A stretch of DNA of 64,000 nucleotides from a virus (IMGVR_UViG_3300037249_000709:32001-96000); one strand, 5' to 3'. Shown: positions 48,994-60,560, counted from the stretch's first letter. Numbers and translations are program-made. Notes: generated by a model from the sequence alone, not told the origin.

Positions 48994-50433
48994 ATGAGCA
49001 AAAAGAAAATCAAAAACGATGGAATTTACTTTTTGGGCAAAGCATCAGATGATGTAACAGGTTCTCAATACTTAGTTAATTTTGGCGATTACAAAATTTT
49101 ATTAGAATGTGGACTCCATCAATCATCTCGAAACGATTATCTTGATAGTTACAAAATCAATTCCGAAAAATTCAAATTCAAACCGTCAGAAATCGACTAT
49201 GTGTTTGTCAATCACACTCACATAGACCACATTGGGTTGCTGCCGCGACTTGTAAAAGAAGGATTTAAAGGAAGAATTATAGCGACTCAAAAGACGGCAA
49301 TGGTTATGAAACCATTATTGCTTAATTCTTGTTTTATAGTGAATGAAGAATGTCGCATTATTTCAAGAAGATATAAAAGAGAATACAAACCATTGTATTC
49401 AGAGGAAGATGTTTATAGTACACTATCTCTTGTTGATGTTTATGATGAATACAAGCATATATATAAACTAAATGACAGTATTAAATTCCAATGGTTGCCA
49501 AATTCTCATTGCGTTGGCGCTGCGCAGTTGCAGCTTATTGTGTCCAATGCAGATAAAACAAGGAAAATACTTTATACATCAGACATTGGTGCATTAAAAT
49601 CAAAAAATCATTTTGTGCCAGATACATATATTCCCACGACCTTTAACGATGTTGTGATAATGGAATCAACATATGGGTTAAAGCGTGTAAATAAAAAAAC
49701 AAGAAAATTTGATGTTAAGCATTTGGAATCTGCAATAAACACCGTGTTAGAACGTAATGGGTCAGTCATTATGCCGTGTTTTAGTTTCAGCAGAACGCAA
49801 GAGTTATTAGTGGCTTTGTATAGCATATATGGTAAACGAGAAGATTTCACAACCGCAGTATGTGTAGACTCGAAATTAAGTTGTGACATTTGTTCTTTGT
49901 ATTTTAATCTTCTGCAAGATGAGGATTTAGAGTTATGGAAAGATATTATAAACTGGAAGAATCTCAGACTGATTACTGATAAAGAAGAGTCTCAAAAGAA
50001 TGTTAAGGATAGCACACCGAAAATCGTGTTATCATCTTCCGGCTTTTGTACTAATGGTAGAGTAATCAGTTACCTGAAAGAATATATTAGTGACTCCAAC
50101 AATATGGTGATATTTTCAGGATATAGCGGAGATAACCCGACCTATCTCTCCTATCGCATTAAGCATTACAAAGATTATAAAACCATAAGCATAAACAAAG
50201 ACAAATATCCAAATAACGCAGATTGTATAAGTCTATCAACATTTAGTTGTCATGCAGATTACAATGATTTGATTAAATATGGAAGCAATCTAAATACAAA
50301 TAAATTAGTATTGGTTCACGGAACAAAAGAGAGCAAAGAATGTTTGGCTGATGGACTCCGTGAAGCAATTTCCAAGAACGATAAAACATATCGAGTTTTA
50401 ACATCTGTAAAAGATATGAGAATCAGCTTGTAG
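48994..50433 (+). CDS. MBL-fold beta-CASP ribonuclease
   Basis: VTGS, HTHIDHIG, SH, YTSD, ESTYG, SSSGF, FSCHAD, LVHG. Confidence 0.92.
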   Translation: MSKKKIKNDGIYFLGKASDDVTGSQYLVNFGDYKILLECGLHQSSRNDYLDSYKINSEKFKFKPSEIDYVFVNHTHIDHIGLLPRLVKEGFKGRIIATQKTAMVMKPLLLNSCFIVNEECRIISRRYKREYKPLYSEEDVYSTLSLVDVYDEYKHIYKLNDSIKFQWLPNSHCVGAAQLQLIVSNADKTRKILYTSDIGALKSKNHFVPDTYIPTTFNDVVIMESTYGLKRVNKKTRKFDVKHLESAINTVLERNGSVIMPCFSFSRTQELLVALYSIYGKREDFTTAVCVDSKLSCDICSLYFNLLQDEDLELWKDIINWKNLRLITDKEESQKNVKDSTPKIVLSSSGFCTNGRVISYLKEYISDSNNMVIFSGYSGDNPTYLSYRIKHYKDYKTISINKDKYPNNADCISLSTFSCHADYNDLIKYGSNLNTNKLVLVHGTKESKECLADGLREAISKNDKTYRVLTSVKDMRISL

Positions 50434-50442
50434 GAGGAACAA

Positions 50443-51105
50443 ATGAGTATAGAGAAAGAAATAGAGATTACGAATGAGAATGATAAGGCTAATATAGCCG
50501 AAGAAAACGAAAAGATTGTATATAGCTATTGTTATGAAGATAGATTTCAAAGCGAAGATTTAAAAGAAAGAAAACTATTTTTGTATGGAGAAATTGATGG
50601 ATGTGCAATCGACAATGTTGTATATCATATTTTAAGGTATAATCGACTTGATAAAGATACTCCTATTAAAGAAAGAAAACCCATCGTTGTATTTATCAAT
50701 TCCCCCGGAGGCAGCGTGGTTGACGGATTTGGTGTTGTAGATGCCATTCTTACAAGCGAAACGCCTGTATATACTGTTAATGTTGCTTCATGTGATTCTA
50801 TGGGGTTGTTAATATATCTTGCAGGTCAGAGAAGATATAGTATGCCGCATAGTGAATTTCTGCTTCACGAAGGGTATTCGGGTGCTTTTGATAGTTCAGG
50901 CAAAATTCAAGACCGAATTAGGTTTGAGGGTGAGCAGGTCGAAGTAATGGTAAAAGATTTTGTTATAAAGCATTCAAATATTGCCCCAGAAGAATATGAT
51001 AAAAACCTACGCCGCGAGTGGTATTTCTTACCAAAGGAAGGTAAGAAACTTGGTGTAGTTGATTATATTCTCGGAGAGGACTGTCCTCTAAAGGAGATTT
51101 TATAA
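50443..51105 (+). CDS. ClpP-family protease subunit
   Basis: INSPGGSV, CDSMG, FLLHE. Confidence 0.88.
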   Translation: MSIEKEIEITNENDKANIAEENEKIVYSYCYEDRFQSEDLKERKLFLYGEIDGCAIDNVVYHILRYNRLDKDTPIKERKPIVVFINSPGGSVVDGFGVVDAILTSETPVYTVNVASCDSMGLLIYLAGQRRYSMPHSEFLLHEGYSGAFDSSGKIQDRIRFEGEQVEVMVKDFVIKHSNIAPEEYDKNLRREWYFLPKEGKKLGVVDYILGEDCPLKEIL

Positions 51106-51126
51106 TTTCAAGAAAGGTGAAAACTA

Positions 51127-52335
51127 TTGATACAGAGATTGGAAAACGAAAACGAAGAACAATTCCTGTGGCGGCTCGGACAAGCAAAAGATAAAGGTGA
51201 GTTAGATTTAAGTTGGCAAGAAATTGCTGATATTATGAATAAAGAATTTCGAGATGATGTTTCCGAATATTTATCTGAGGCTGCATATCGTAAGCCATAT
51301 CAACAATCTGCACGTTTTTGGAATGCCGGAGCATTCTCTAAATTATCCGAAGATATGTATATTGCGGAATTAAGAGAGGCTAAACACGAATTAAGAAAAG
51401 AAAAACAAAAACTTTTCGATGAGCGGACGGCACTTAACAAAACACTTAGAGAGCAGAGTAGGCTTGAATCAACCTTTGATATAGTCAAAAGAGCTATTCA
51501 AGAATACAAACCAACCAAGTTCAATTATGAATACCATAAAAATATTGAGAGCGACAATGATTTAATAATTCACCTAACGGATATTCATTGTGGCGTAGAT
51601 ATAGATTCAAAATTTAATATTTTTAATTTTGAGATTTTGAAAGAGCGTTTAAAAAAATATATTACTGAAATATTAAATATCAAGTATTTATATAAATCGG
51701 AAAACGCCTATGTAATTATAGGTGGAGATTTAATACAAGGTCTTATTCATGTAAATTCGAGAATTGAAAGCAAAGAGAATGTGGTTGAGCAAATTATGAA
51801 AGTTACTGATTTGGTCAGTAACTTTCTTTTTGAATTAAGCCAGCATTTTAATATGGTAGAAGTACATACGACTGCTGGTAATCATTCTCGTTCCACTGCA
51901 AGCAAAGAAGAAAGTGTTAGAGGTGAAAACTTCGATTTACTTATTCCGTTTGCTGCAAAGAAAGAACTTCAAAATATTACCAATATACACTTTAAAGACA
52001 ACTATCTTGAATGCGACGTTGCTACATTTACGGTTAGAGGTCACACTATTTATGCCACACATGGAGACAAAGACACCCCTCGTAATGTGGTTTATCATAT
52101 GACACAATTTGCAAGAAAAGCTAAAATGCCGCTACCAGATATTTGTTACTTAGGGCATAGACACAAAAACGGTTTATCCACTGTAGACGATGTTAAGGTC
52201 ATTGAAAGCGGCTGTGTGGATGGTATGGATTCTTATGCTATTGATAAACGCTTAGTGGGAACGCCGGAACAGACGGTCACAGTAATTACAGAGAAAAATT
52301 GTATTAAAGCATTATGTGATATTCAAATAAATTAA
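51127..52335 (+). CDS. metallophosphoesterase (YonJ-like)
   Basis: TDIH, GGDLI, GNH, THGD, GHRH. Confidence 0.8.
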   Translation: MIQRLENENEEQFLWRLGQAKDKGELDLSWQEIADIMNKEFRDDVSEYLSEAAYRKPYQQSARFWNAGAFSKLSEDMYIAELREAKHELRKEKQKLFDERTALNKTLREQSRLESTFDIVKRAIQEYKPTKFNYEYHKNIESDNDLIIHLTDIHCGVDIDSKFNIFNFEILKERLKKYITEILNIKYLYKSENAYVIIGGDLIQGLIHVNSRIESKENVVEQIMKVTDLVSNFLFELSQHFNMVEVHTTAGNHSRSTASKEESVRGENFDLLIPFAAKKELQNITNIHFKDNYLECDVATFTVRGHTIYATHGDKDTPRNVVYHMTQFARKAKMPLPDICYLGHRHKNGLSTVDDVKVIESGCVDGMDSYAIDKRLVGTPEQTVTVITEKNCIKALCDIQIN

Positions 52336-52371
52336 AAATATAAAGGGAAGTTTGGGAGAAGAAATATAGAA

Positions 52372-52674
52372 ATGACGAAAGCAGAAATTATTACAAATAT
52401 TACACAGAAAATCAATTCATCAAAATTAGACGATAATAGGATAACTAAAACGGATTGCGAAGCTGTGATTGATTGCTTAATAGATGAAGTGAAATGCTGT
52501 CTCGTAAAAGGTGATAAACTAACTATCAAAGGATTCATCGGGTTAGAAGTGTATGAACGTTCCGAACGAATGGGGCGTAACCCAAAGACGGGTAAAATTG
52601 ATACATTTCCGGCTTCAAAATCTATAAAATGCAAAGTTAGTAAAGCTATAAAAGATGCTGTTAATGGGAAATGA
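52372..52674 (+). CDS. HU family DNA-binding protein
   Basis: MTKAE, GF, ERMGRNPKTG. Confidence 0.92.
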   Translation: MTKAEIITNITQKINSSKLDDNRITKTDCEAVIDCLIDEVKCCLVKGDKLTIKGFIGLEVYERSERMGRNPKTGKIDTFPASKSIKCKVSKAIKDAVNGK

Positions 52675-53215
52675 GGAATATAGTTTGAGAAGATTATTTT
52701 TTGATACTCACGAAGAAGTGAGTGAATATATGGTTTCTATGGCAAAAGATGGAAAATGCGTTGAAGCCGTAGTTTATTATGATGAAGCAATAAAACTAAT
52801 ACGTGATTTTGCTCAATTTGACAATGTAGAATTTGAGGCTATTAGTGTAAAGCCTTATGATTTTGTGGGATATGACAAAGAGTATCTCGTTTATCTTGCC
52901 TCGGATATGGTTTTAAGTGTTGAGCCAGCAAAGATGAATGGCGTATATTTAAATTCGGAAGCAGACATTCATTTGATTGATGCTGATGCGAGTTCTTCAA
53001 TCCTAAAGTCACTTTTAGGTGGAGAGCAGATAGAAATGTATATAGGCAAAAATGATGATGTAGATAACAACATAGATAATGTGATTGATAAATTAAATGA
53101 GATTTTTAGCAAGGCGAAAATCACAAAAGATAAAATGGGAAACATTACAGGTATTGAGATAAACAATAAAGATTTAAAATTTTATTATAAAAAGAATTTT
53201 ATAGATTGGTTTTAA
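52655..53215 (+). CDS. hypothetical acidic protein
   Basis: ORF in operon. Confidence 0.65.
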   Translation: MLLMGNEEYSLRRLFFDTHEEVSEYMVSMAKDGKCVEAVVYYDEAIKLIRDFAQFDNVEFEAISVKPYDFVGYDKEYLVYLASDMVLSVEPAKMNGVYLNSEADIHLIDADASSSILKSLLGGEQIEMYIGKNDDVDNNIDNVIDKLNEIFSKAKITKDKMGNITGIEINNKDLKFYYKKNFIDWF

Positions 53216-53263
53216 TTATTCCCTACATAATTGTAATCGATATTTTTAGTTGAAAGAGAGGAT

Positions 53264-54166
53264 GTGATAGGTATGGGACGAAAACCAAACAATAATGAAG
53301 TAAGTGTTTGTTGCTATTGTCAAACACCTCTCCCCCTTTCATCTTCTTTTATAAAAGCCCGCCATAGCTTATATAGCTCAACGGGATATTTGCCTATTTG
53401 CAAAGAATGCTTTGAAACTCTCGTGTATCGTTATAGCAAAAAATATGGAGATGATATACGCAAGGCAATTATTAGAGTATGTATGTTATACAATCTTTAT
53501 TATAACGACAAGATATTTAATTCTTGCAATGGCGAAGTTGGTATGTACATACGACAATTAAATATGGTTCAATATAGCAAAAAGTCTTTCGATGATACAA
53601 TCTCGGAAGGCTTTTCTTTTTATGAAGAAAATGCGGAAAGCAAAGATGAAAAAGTAGAAGATGAAGATACGCAAGAGTATAGCATTAAGAAAGTGGACAT
53701 CGAAAGATGGGAAGTTGGGTTTGAGCCAGAAGATTATGCGCTTCTCAACAAACACTATAAATATTTAAAAAACGCAAATCCTAATTGTGATAGTAACCAA
53801 GAAATTTTTATTATGGATTTGTGCTATACAAAAATGCAGCAAATGAAAGCTCTGCGAAACGGAGAAGTTGATAGCTTTAATAAATTGACGGAATCATATA
53901 GAAAGTCTTTCCAACAGGCTGGACTAAAAACCACAAGAGATGATTCTGTTGTTGAAGAAGAATCTTGGGGCAAATGGGTATCTCGAATATCTCAATATAC
54001 TCCAGAAGAATACTACAAAAACAAACAGTTGTATAAGGATTATGACAAAATAGACGAGTATTATCAAAGACACGCAGGTCGTCCATTGGATAACATAATG
54101 AATGGAACGGATGTTAGAGATAAAGAGTTCTATATTCACGAAGGTGACGAAGATGAAAACAAGTGA
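53264..54166 (+). CDS. Zn-binding protein preceding terminase (small-terminase candidate)
   Basis: CCYC, PICKEC; position. Confidence 0.55.
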   Translation: MIGMGRKPNNNEVSVCCYCQTPLPLSSSFIKARHSLYSSTGYLPICKECFETLVYRYSKKYGDDIRKAIIRVCMLYNLYYNDKIFNSCNGEVGMYIRQLNMVQYSKKSFDDTISEGFSFYEENAESKDEKVEDEDTQEYSIKKVDIERWEVGFEPEDYALLNKHYKYLKNANPNCDSNQEIFIMDLCYTKMQQMKALRNGEVDSFNKLTESYRKSFQQAGLKTTRDDSVVEEESWGKWVSRISQYTPEEYYKNKQLYKDYDKIDEYYQRHAGRPLDNIMNGTDVRDKEFYIHEGDEDENK

Positions 54167-55976
54167 ATATAGCATAAAAGACCTTGCAGATAAACAACAA
54201 ATGGAATTATACAAACAATTTCCAGCGTCTCATTCATTAAGTAATCCCACAATACTGGATAATTTCTTTAGATGGAATACTTTCTTTAGAAGAAATTTTC
54301 ACAGGTATGCCATTGATTACTTGGGTATCAATTTATACGAATACCAAGCGTTGACGTTGTATGAACTGGGTGCTAACCAACACGTTGCGATTGTGGCTTC
54401 TCGTGCTGCGGCAAAATCGTTCTTAATTGCCCTATATGCTTGCATTAGATGTATTCTATATCCAAATACGAAAATTCTTTTAAGTTCAGCCACAAGAGGG
54501 CAATCTGAACTTATTGTTACAGATAAAATACAAGCGGAGCTAATGAATTGGTCGCCAGTATTAGCAAGAGAAATTATTAGCATTAAAAGCAATCAAAACA
54601 ATAGAACTGTTGTAAAGTTTGCAAGTGGCAGCCAAATTACAGTTGTTGTTGCTAATGATAACGCAAGAGGTTGTCGTTCAAACGCTATTGTTCGCGAGGA
54701 ATGTAGACAAATCAACAAAGCTATAGATGATAGCGTTCTTTCGCCTTGTCAGGTATTGAGGCAAGCACCGTATATGTTGAAAGAGCCATATTGCAATATG
54801 CCAGAGTTAAAAGAAGAACCCGTCGATGTGTATATCACTTCAAGCTGGTTCGATGGACATTGGATGTGGCAAATTGTAGACACATACTATGATGAAATGA
54901 AGGCTGGCAAACCATCTTGTGTATTAGCTTTTGATGAGTCTGTTATTTTAAAGCATAATATTAAATCACAAGAGCAGTTGATAGGTGAGCGTAAGAAACA
55001 GGACAAGATAACGTTTTCTTTGGAGTTCTTGAATTTGAGGCTTCGTGAGAATAGCGCTGCCTTCTTTACATATGCTATGTTGCAGCAAAACCAAATCGGA
55101 AAGCAGCCCTTTTATCCTCGTAAAAACGAAGATGTATTGATGAACAAAAAGAATCCGTATGCTATACCCAAGCAAAAGGGCGAAATTAGAATAGTGGCTT
55201 GTGATATAGCTTTTGTTACAAGAAAAGGAAATGATAACTCTATATTTAGTTGTATGAGGTTATTACCCGAAACCGAAACCCATAGTGGTAAAGACCAAAA
55301 AAGTATTGAAATAGACACTGGTTATCGTAGAGTTGTAAGTTGGATTGAAAGTCGTCAAGGTGGAGACATTGATGCACAAGCATTAAGAATAAGACAGTTA
55401 TTTAATGATTGGGATGCCGATTATATTGTACTCGATATGCGTAATGGTGGCGTAACAATTTATGATAAACTTGCAAAGATAATGTACGATGAAGAACGCC
55501 GGCTGGAATATTCGCCGCTTACTTGTATGAACGATGAAACAATAGCTTCTCGTGTAAAAAGTAATGGTGCAGTACCTTGTATATATGTTGTTAATGCAAC
55601 TCAAAAGTTAAATAGTGATATAGCTATGGACTTTCATAGAGTTCTTGAACAGAAGAAGATAGATTTCCTTATACCTTTTGAAACAGCAAAAGAAGAAATC
55701 CTATCAAAGAACAAAGATTACTTGGCTGCATCCGACGCTGAAACTCAATTATTCTTTGAAAGACCGTTCCTTGAAACTCAGGCTTTTATTAATGAAACAA
55801 TAAGTTTAACATACGAAAAGAAAGAGCAAACAGGATTTATCGTTATTCATGAGCAAGGAACTAATAGGAAAGACAGATACACGAGCTGTAGCTATGGCTC
55901 TTATTTTGCAACCTTGTTAGAACAAGATTTATTTTCAAATAGTGAAGATTATGAATTTGTAACATTTATTAATTAA
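54153..55976 (+). CDS. terminase large subunit
   Basis: ASRAAAKS Walker A, ARGCRSN..VREE, nuclease ACDIA, NDNS, VLD, KDRY. Confidence 0.9.
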   Translation: MKTSEYSIKDLADKQQMELYKQFPASHSLSNPTILDNFFRWNTFFRRNFHRYAIDYLGINLYEYQALTLYELGANQHVAIVASRAAAKSFLIALYACIRCILYPNTKILLSSATRGQSELIVTDKIQAELMNWSPVLAREIISIKSNQNNRTVVKFASGSQITVVVANDNARGCRSNAIVREECRQINKAIDDSVLSPCQVLRQAPYMLKEPYCNMPELKEEPVDVYITSSWFDGHWMWQIVDTYYDEMKAGKPSCVLAFDESVILKHNIKSQEQLIGERKKQDKITFSLEFLNLRLRENSAAFFTYAMLQQNQIGKQPFYPRKNEDVLMNKKNPYAIPKQKGEIRIVACDIAFVTRKGNDNSIFSCMRLLPETETHSGKDQKSIEIDTGYRRVVSWIESRQGGDIDAQALRIRQLFNDWDADYIVLDMRNGGVTIYDKLAKIMYDEERRLEYSPLTCMNDETIASRVKSNGAVPCIYVVNATQKLNSDIAMDFHRVLEQKKIDFLIPFETAKEEILSKNKDYLAASDAETQLFFERPFLETQAFINETISLTYEKKEQTGFIVIHEQGTNRKDRYTSCSYGSYFATLLEQDLFSNSEDYEFVTFIN

Positions 55977-55995
55977 AAAAGAGAGGAGGATTATA

Positions 55996-57636
55996 GTGTC
56001 AGATTCAAATAACAAACCACAACCCACTAAACAGAAACATTATAATCGTCCTCGTGGAAAGAGGACTGTTGAACAAAATACCCAACAAAAACAGGTTAGA
56101 AACGAGTTTAACACATACCATAGTTCAGTAGCTTATTCAGATTATTATTTTGGTTTAAATATATTTGATTTATATAATCCGCAGGAGCTTGCCGAGTTAG
56201 TAAAAGACCCGATGGCGAACAATGAAATGCTCCGCGAAATATCTTTAATACTATATGGTACAAACGGTGTTTATACAAACACTGTTGATTATATGACTGC
56301 TATGCCAACATTGGACAAGGTTGTTGTCACTCACGGTAGGAATGCAAAGAGAAAAGAAAAAAATAAAAGTTTAATGGAGTCCACACTTCGTACAATCAAA
56401 GACAAAGAAATAATTCGTGATGCTTTATTTCGAGGAATGATTGAAGGTGTGGCTTTTTATTATTTTGAAACAACCACAAGACCGCAATCATTACAGAAAA
56501 ATCTAATGGACTATGAGGTTGAAAACATTATTGAAATCAATGAGGCTGGAATTAACGCAAGCGTAATCTCTTTGCCCGCCAAATACACAAAAATTGTCGG
56601 TATTAAAAATTCATCGTATGTAATTGCTTTTAATCTTGATTATTTCGATATAGCAAGTGGCGAGTCTTGCGAGAAAAAGTTAAAGAAATATCCAAAAGAA
56701 ATTAGGGACGCTTATACGAACAGAAAGAAGAATAATACCAGCGGTAATTGGCTTGTATTGGATAATACGAAAACGATTGTCCATAAAATTCGTTCTAAGC
56801 GAGAAGAAAAATACGGTAGACCACTGGTTCTTGCAGCCATAACAGATATTCTATATGGAGATTATTTCACCAAAACTAAGCGCAATGTATTGGATGAAAT
56901 CAACAATAGGATTATTTATCAAACATTTCCAGAAGGAAAAGAAAAGGGATTATCGGCACTAACAAGTAAACAACAGGAACAACAACATACTTCTGTTAAG
57001 AATGCCGTAATGAATAAAAACAATCGTGGTGGCATTTCGTTTTTCTCTGTTGCGGCAGGAACAAAGATAAATGCGTTAGAAGCTGCAAATACCGACATTT
57101 TTGATGATAAATATGAATCTAATTTAAATGACAGAATATCGCTGGATATGGGCATTGCTTCTTCCCTATTGAATGGTAGTTCGTCTGGTAGTTATTCCGC
57201 ACAAGAAAACAACCTCGAATTAGTAACTGCTCAAATTATGCAATGGGTAGGACAAATTGAAGAAGAATTAAATAAGTGCATATCCCACAATGTAATAAAA
57301 GATAATACGAACTGGGTTGAGTGTAGGTATTTACCCATTACCCATGTAAACAAGAGTAAAATGGTGGGCTATGCAAAAGACTTGTATTTACAAGGCAAGG
57401 GTAGTCTATCATTGTGGTCATCGGCTTGCGGCATTTCCCCAGATATATTTTTTGCTTTATTAGACCAAGAGCTTGAAGCAAATATTGAGGATAAATACCC
57501 TGTTCATAAGACAAGTTATGTTTTATCAAGTAAAGATGGAAGTCAAGGTAGACCAACAACTGATAACCCAACAGAAAATACTATAAAATCTCGTGAGGGC
57601 GGAAAGAACTCTATACCTTCTCCGAGTGATACATAA
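55996..57636 (+). CDS. portal protein
   Basis: 546 aa after terminase; YGRPL; GRPT tail. Confidence 0.75.
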   Translation: MSDSNNKPQPTKQKHYNRPRGKRTVEQNTQQKQVRNEFNTYHSSVAYSDYYFGLNIFDLYNPQELAELVKDPMANNEMLREISLILYGTNGVYTNTVDYMTAMPTLDKVVVTHGRNAKRKEKNKSLMESTLRTIKDKEIIRDALFRGMIEGVAFYYFETTTRPQSLQKNLMDYEVENIIEINEAGINASVISLPAKYTKIVGIKNSSYVIAFNLDYFDIASGESCEKKLKKYPKEIRDAYTNRKKNNTSGNWLVLDNTKTIVHKIRSKREEKYGRPLVLAAITDILYGDYFTKTKRNVLDEINNRIIYQTFPEGKEKGLSALTSKQQEQQHTSVKNAVMNKNNRGGISFFSVAAGTKINALEAANTDIFDDKYESNLNDRISLDMGIASSLLNGSSSGSYSAQENNLELVTAQIMQWVGQIEEELNKCISHNVIKDNTNWVECRYLPITHVNKSKMVGYAKDLYLQGKGSLSLWSSACGISPDIFFALLDQELEANIEDKYPVHKTSYVLSSKDGSQGRPTTDNPTENTIKSREGGKNSIPSPSDT

Positions 57637-57712
57637 CCAATATTAAGAGAATCAGCAAGTCTGTTGGTTCTCTTTTTATATATATTCGCACGAAAGGCGG
57701 TGAAAAAGAAGT

Positions 57713-58885
57713 ATGAGACGATTTGAAATTTCAAGTAAAAAGTCAAAGAACGGCAGGAGAAAATTCAAGGCTATTTTGTACACAATTTTTCCAGACTCTT
57801 GTGTAGATGAAGAAAATCAAGTTGGCACTGAGTTCAATAGGAACGGTATAACGTGGATAAGAGAGTATTGTGAAAAGGCGCTTTCAAGTATTGAGGGTAT
57901 GAGTCTAAGAGTTGAATTTACAGATGATGAGCGTACCGAAATATTAGGTCATGGAGAAACAGGAATAGTAGATAATGAACCTACTTATGAAAACGCTGTC
58001 CAGATAGGTACTTTTACAAAAGGATATATAGATGAAATTGAAACAGATGAGGGAATAATCACTGCTTGTATTGGTGAAGGAGAAATAGATGCTCAATGCT
58101 ATCACAACTATGTAACAAAATTAGAAAATGATGCCGCACAGGGCATTTTCCCAAATGGTAGTGTCGAGATAATGCACTCCGAAAATAATAAATATATCAT
58201 TTACAAATACGGTTTCAAAGAAGAAGGCAGAATACCTATGGACTTTATTCACTCAGGGTATGTTCTTTTAGGTGTTGCACCGGCTGACGATAATGCTAAA
58301 TTGATTGAACTTAATAACAATAGTAACAAGGAGGATTTAGACAAAATGACAGATGTTGAGATGAAGGCACTTATCACTCAGGCAATCGAGGAATTTTCTA
58401 ATCAGACTGCCGAGATGAATAAATGCAAAGAGGAATGTCAAGCAAAAGTTGACGCAGTAATTGCAGAGAAAAACGAAATTGTAGCAAGTTCGGCTGAAAT
58501 TCAGGCTGCTCTGGATAAAGTTCGTGCCGAGTACGAGGCTCTTGATAAGAAGTATAACGAACTTTGGGCAGAAAGAGAAACACTTAGTAAAGCTCTTGCC
58601 GAAGCAAAGGCAAAAGAAAGAATAGGTGAACTCAATAAGGCAATTAGCGATTTCTCTGAGGACGAAAGAAAATATGCAGAAGCAGAAATTGAGGCATTTA
58701 ATGATGACCCAATGTCTTGCGAAATCAATACTGTAGTAGACAAGATTTGGCAGGAAATTGGAAAGAATGCAAAAGCTACCGAAAAGAAAGTGGCAGAGCA
58801 GAATAATGATACCGTTGCAGTTGAAGATATTTTTAGCGAGGTAATTGACACTGCGGAAGCTGCCGAGGATGTTAATATCTTTTAA
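57713..58885 (+). CDS. prohead protease/scaffold
   Basis: GHG, GSVEI; coiled-coil acidic C-terminus; position. Confidence 0.65.
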   Translation: MRRFEISSKKSKNGRRKFKAILYTIFPDSCVDEENQVGTEFNRNGITWIREYCEKALSSIEGMSLRVEFTDDERTEILGHGETGIVDNEPTYENAVQIGTFTKGYIDEIETDEGIITACIGEGEIDAQCYHNYVTKLENDAAQGIFPNGSVEIMHSENNKYIIYKYGFKEEGRIPMDFIHSGYVLLGVAPADDNAKLIELNNNSNKEDLDKMTDVEMKALITQAIEEFSNQTAEMNKCKEECQAKVDAVIAEKNEIVASSAEIQAALDKVRAEYEALDKKYNELWAERETLSKALAEAKAKERIGELNKAISDFSEDERKYAEAEIEAFNDDPMSCEINTVVDKIWQEIGKNAKATEKKVAEQNNDTVAVEDIFSEVIDTAEAAEDVNIF

Positions 58886-58906
58886 TTAAGAAAGGAAGGA
58901 AATAAA

Positions 58907-59359
58907 ATGATTAAATTTGAAACTATCGGAATGTTTGATACTGCTAAGAACAACCCTGTAATTACTTCTACAGGTGCAGTAGCAAATTACTCTTTTATTA
59001 CTTATGATGGCGACCTTTACTTCATTAGCAATATCGTAACAGGCGATGCAGCTTATGTTGATAATACAACATTCGCAGCAGGCGAAAAGTTAAGAGGTTT
59101 CCTTGTAAAATCGCTCGAAGGTCAGAAACTTGTAGCAGACGAAAAGCATATCAAGTACGGTGATTCCCAGACGTATGCAAGCATTACTGCTGGCACAACC
59201 CTAATGGGAGTCGATTCAACAACTGGTAAATTGCAGATTATCAATTCTGCACCTACTTCTGGTATCTATTTTAAGGTTACAGATAAAACGACTCTCACAG
59301 GCAACGCTGTTAAGATTAAGGTTATTGTCGTTGACAAGGACACCGTATCAGAAGGCTAA
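58907..59359 (+). CDS. capsid decoration/stabilising protein
   Basis: small G/T/A-rich ORF just before capsid. Confidence 0.55.
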   Translation: MIKFETIGMFDTAKNNPVITSTGAVANYSFITYDGDLYFISNIVTGDAAYVDNTTFAAGEKLRGFLVKSLEGQKLVADEKHIKYGDSQTYASITAGTTLMGVDSTTGKLQIINSAPTSGIYFKVTDKTTLTGNAVKIKVIVVDKDTVSEG

Positions 59360-59390
59360 TAAAACAATAATGAAAGGAAGGACGTAAATT

Positions 59391-60512
59391 ATGGACGCAA
59401 TTTTTGAAATGAATAACATCCGCAAGGACGCAGATTTTGCAAACGGTAAAATCACAAAACACTCTCCTGTTGTAGAAGTTTTTGCAGCTATGTCCAACGG
59501 TGAATCTCTTGATAGATTTGGCAAGAAAGCAGATGTAGCAGTTAAATATATTCAGAAACTCGGCGAGAGAGCTGAAATGGGTGATTTCTCCGCAGTTGCA
59601 GAGCTTAACACAATTAGACGCTTTGTAATCGAAACACCTATTATGGAGGAAATGAAACTACTTTCCATTTTCGGCACATATCAGAATGTCGGATATGATG
59701 AAACAATCGAGCGCGAGATTTATAAGCACGTTGGCGAACGTTCTCGTGAGCAGGCTGATGGCGGCGATGTAGTATTCCCTGCTATCGAGAAAGAAGTATA
59801 TCCTGTTGCAACGTTTAACATTTCTGGTGGTTATGCAGTAGATTATCGTAGAATCCAGAAGGGCGATATGACAAAGGAAAATGAGGGTATGAATCAGGTT
59901 AAGATTGATATTCTCAATAGAGCAAAAGCTGCCATCGTTAGAAAGGTTTATAATGCTATTAAGAACGCAGTTGGCATTAAATATGTGTTCGAGGGTGCAG
60001 GTCTTACAAAGTCTGGTGCAGACGGCGTTATCAACGCTGTTCGTAGAAACGGTAAACCTTCTGTAATTGGCGACTATGCTATGCTTGCACAGTTTACGCC
60101 GTGGCAGGGTTATGTAGGTACAATCGGTGCTAATACAATTACCGGTATTTCTGATGACATTATCAATCAAATCGCACAGACTGGCATTCTTGCTTCTTAT
60201 AATGGTGCAATCCTTGCAGAGATGGAGAATCCATACAACGAGTACGATATGACAGGTTCTTGGACTGATGGTACTAACACATATACTAACTTTGGCACAA
60301 TGCTGCCACAGGGTCTTGCATTTGTTATTCCAAGCGGCGCTAAGTCGCCTATCGCTACATATACTCGTGGCGGTCTAACATCTATGACTGGCAATGATGT
60401 CAAGACTGGTAAGGTCTTAACAAGATTTGACCTTGCTGTTGGTGTTGATGTTGCCAAAGGTCAAGAGCATAGAATCGGTATGCTAAGAGACACAAATCTT
60501 GGCTCTCTCTAA
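59391..60512 (+). CDS. major capsid protein
   Basis: 373 aa, biased codon use, strong RBS, followed by terminator. Confidence 0.75.
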   Translation: MDAIFEMNNIRKDADFANGKITKHSPVVEVFAAMSNGESLDRFGKKADVAVKYIQKLGERAEMGDFSAVAELNTIRRFVIETPIMEEMKLLSIFGTYQNVGYDETIEREIYKHVGERSREQADGGDVVFPAIEKEVYPVATFNISGGYAVDYRRIQKGDMTKENEGMNQVKIDILNRAKAAIVRKVYNAIKNAVGIKYVFEGAGLTKSGADGVINAVRRNGKPSVIGDYAMLAQFTPWQGYVGTIGANTITGISDDIINQIAQTGILASYNGAILAEMENPYNEYDMTGSWTDGTNTYTNFGTMLPQGLAFVIPSGAKSPIATYTRGGLTSMTGNDVKTGKVLTRFDLAVGVDVAKGQEHRIGMLRDTNLGSL

Positions 60513-60525
60513 TATGTGATTTAAG

Positions 60526-60560
60526 ATAGGTTGCTTTACATTCTGTAGGGCAACCTATTT
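60526..60560 (+). terminator. hairpin terminator after capsid gene
   Basis: ATAGGTTGCTTTACA-TTC-TGTAGGGCAACCTAT-TT. Confidence 0.7.
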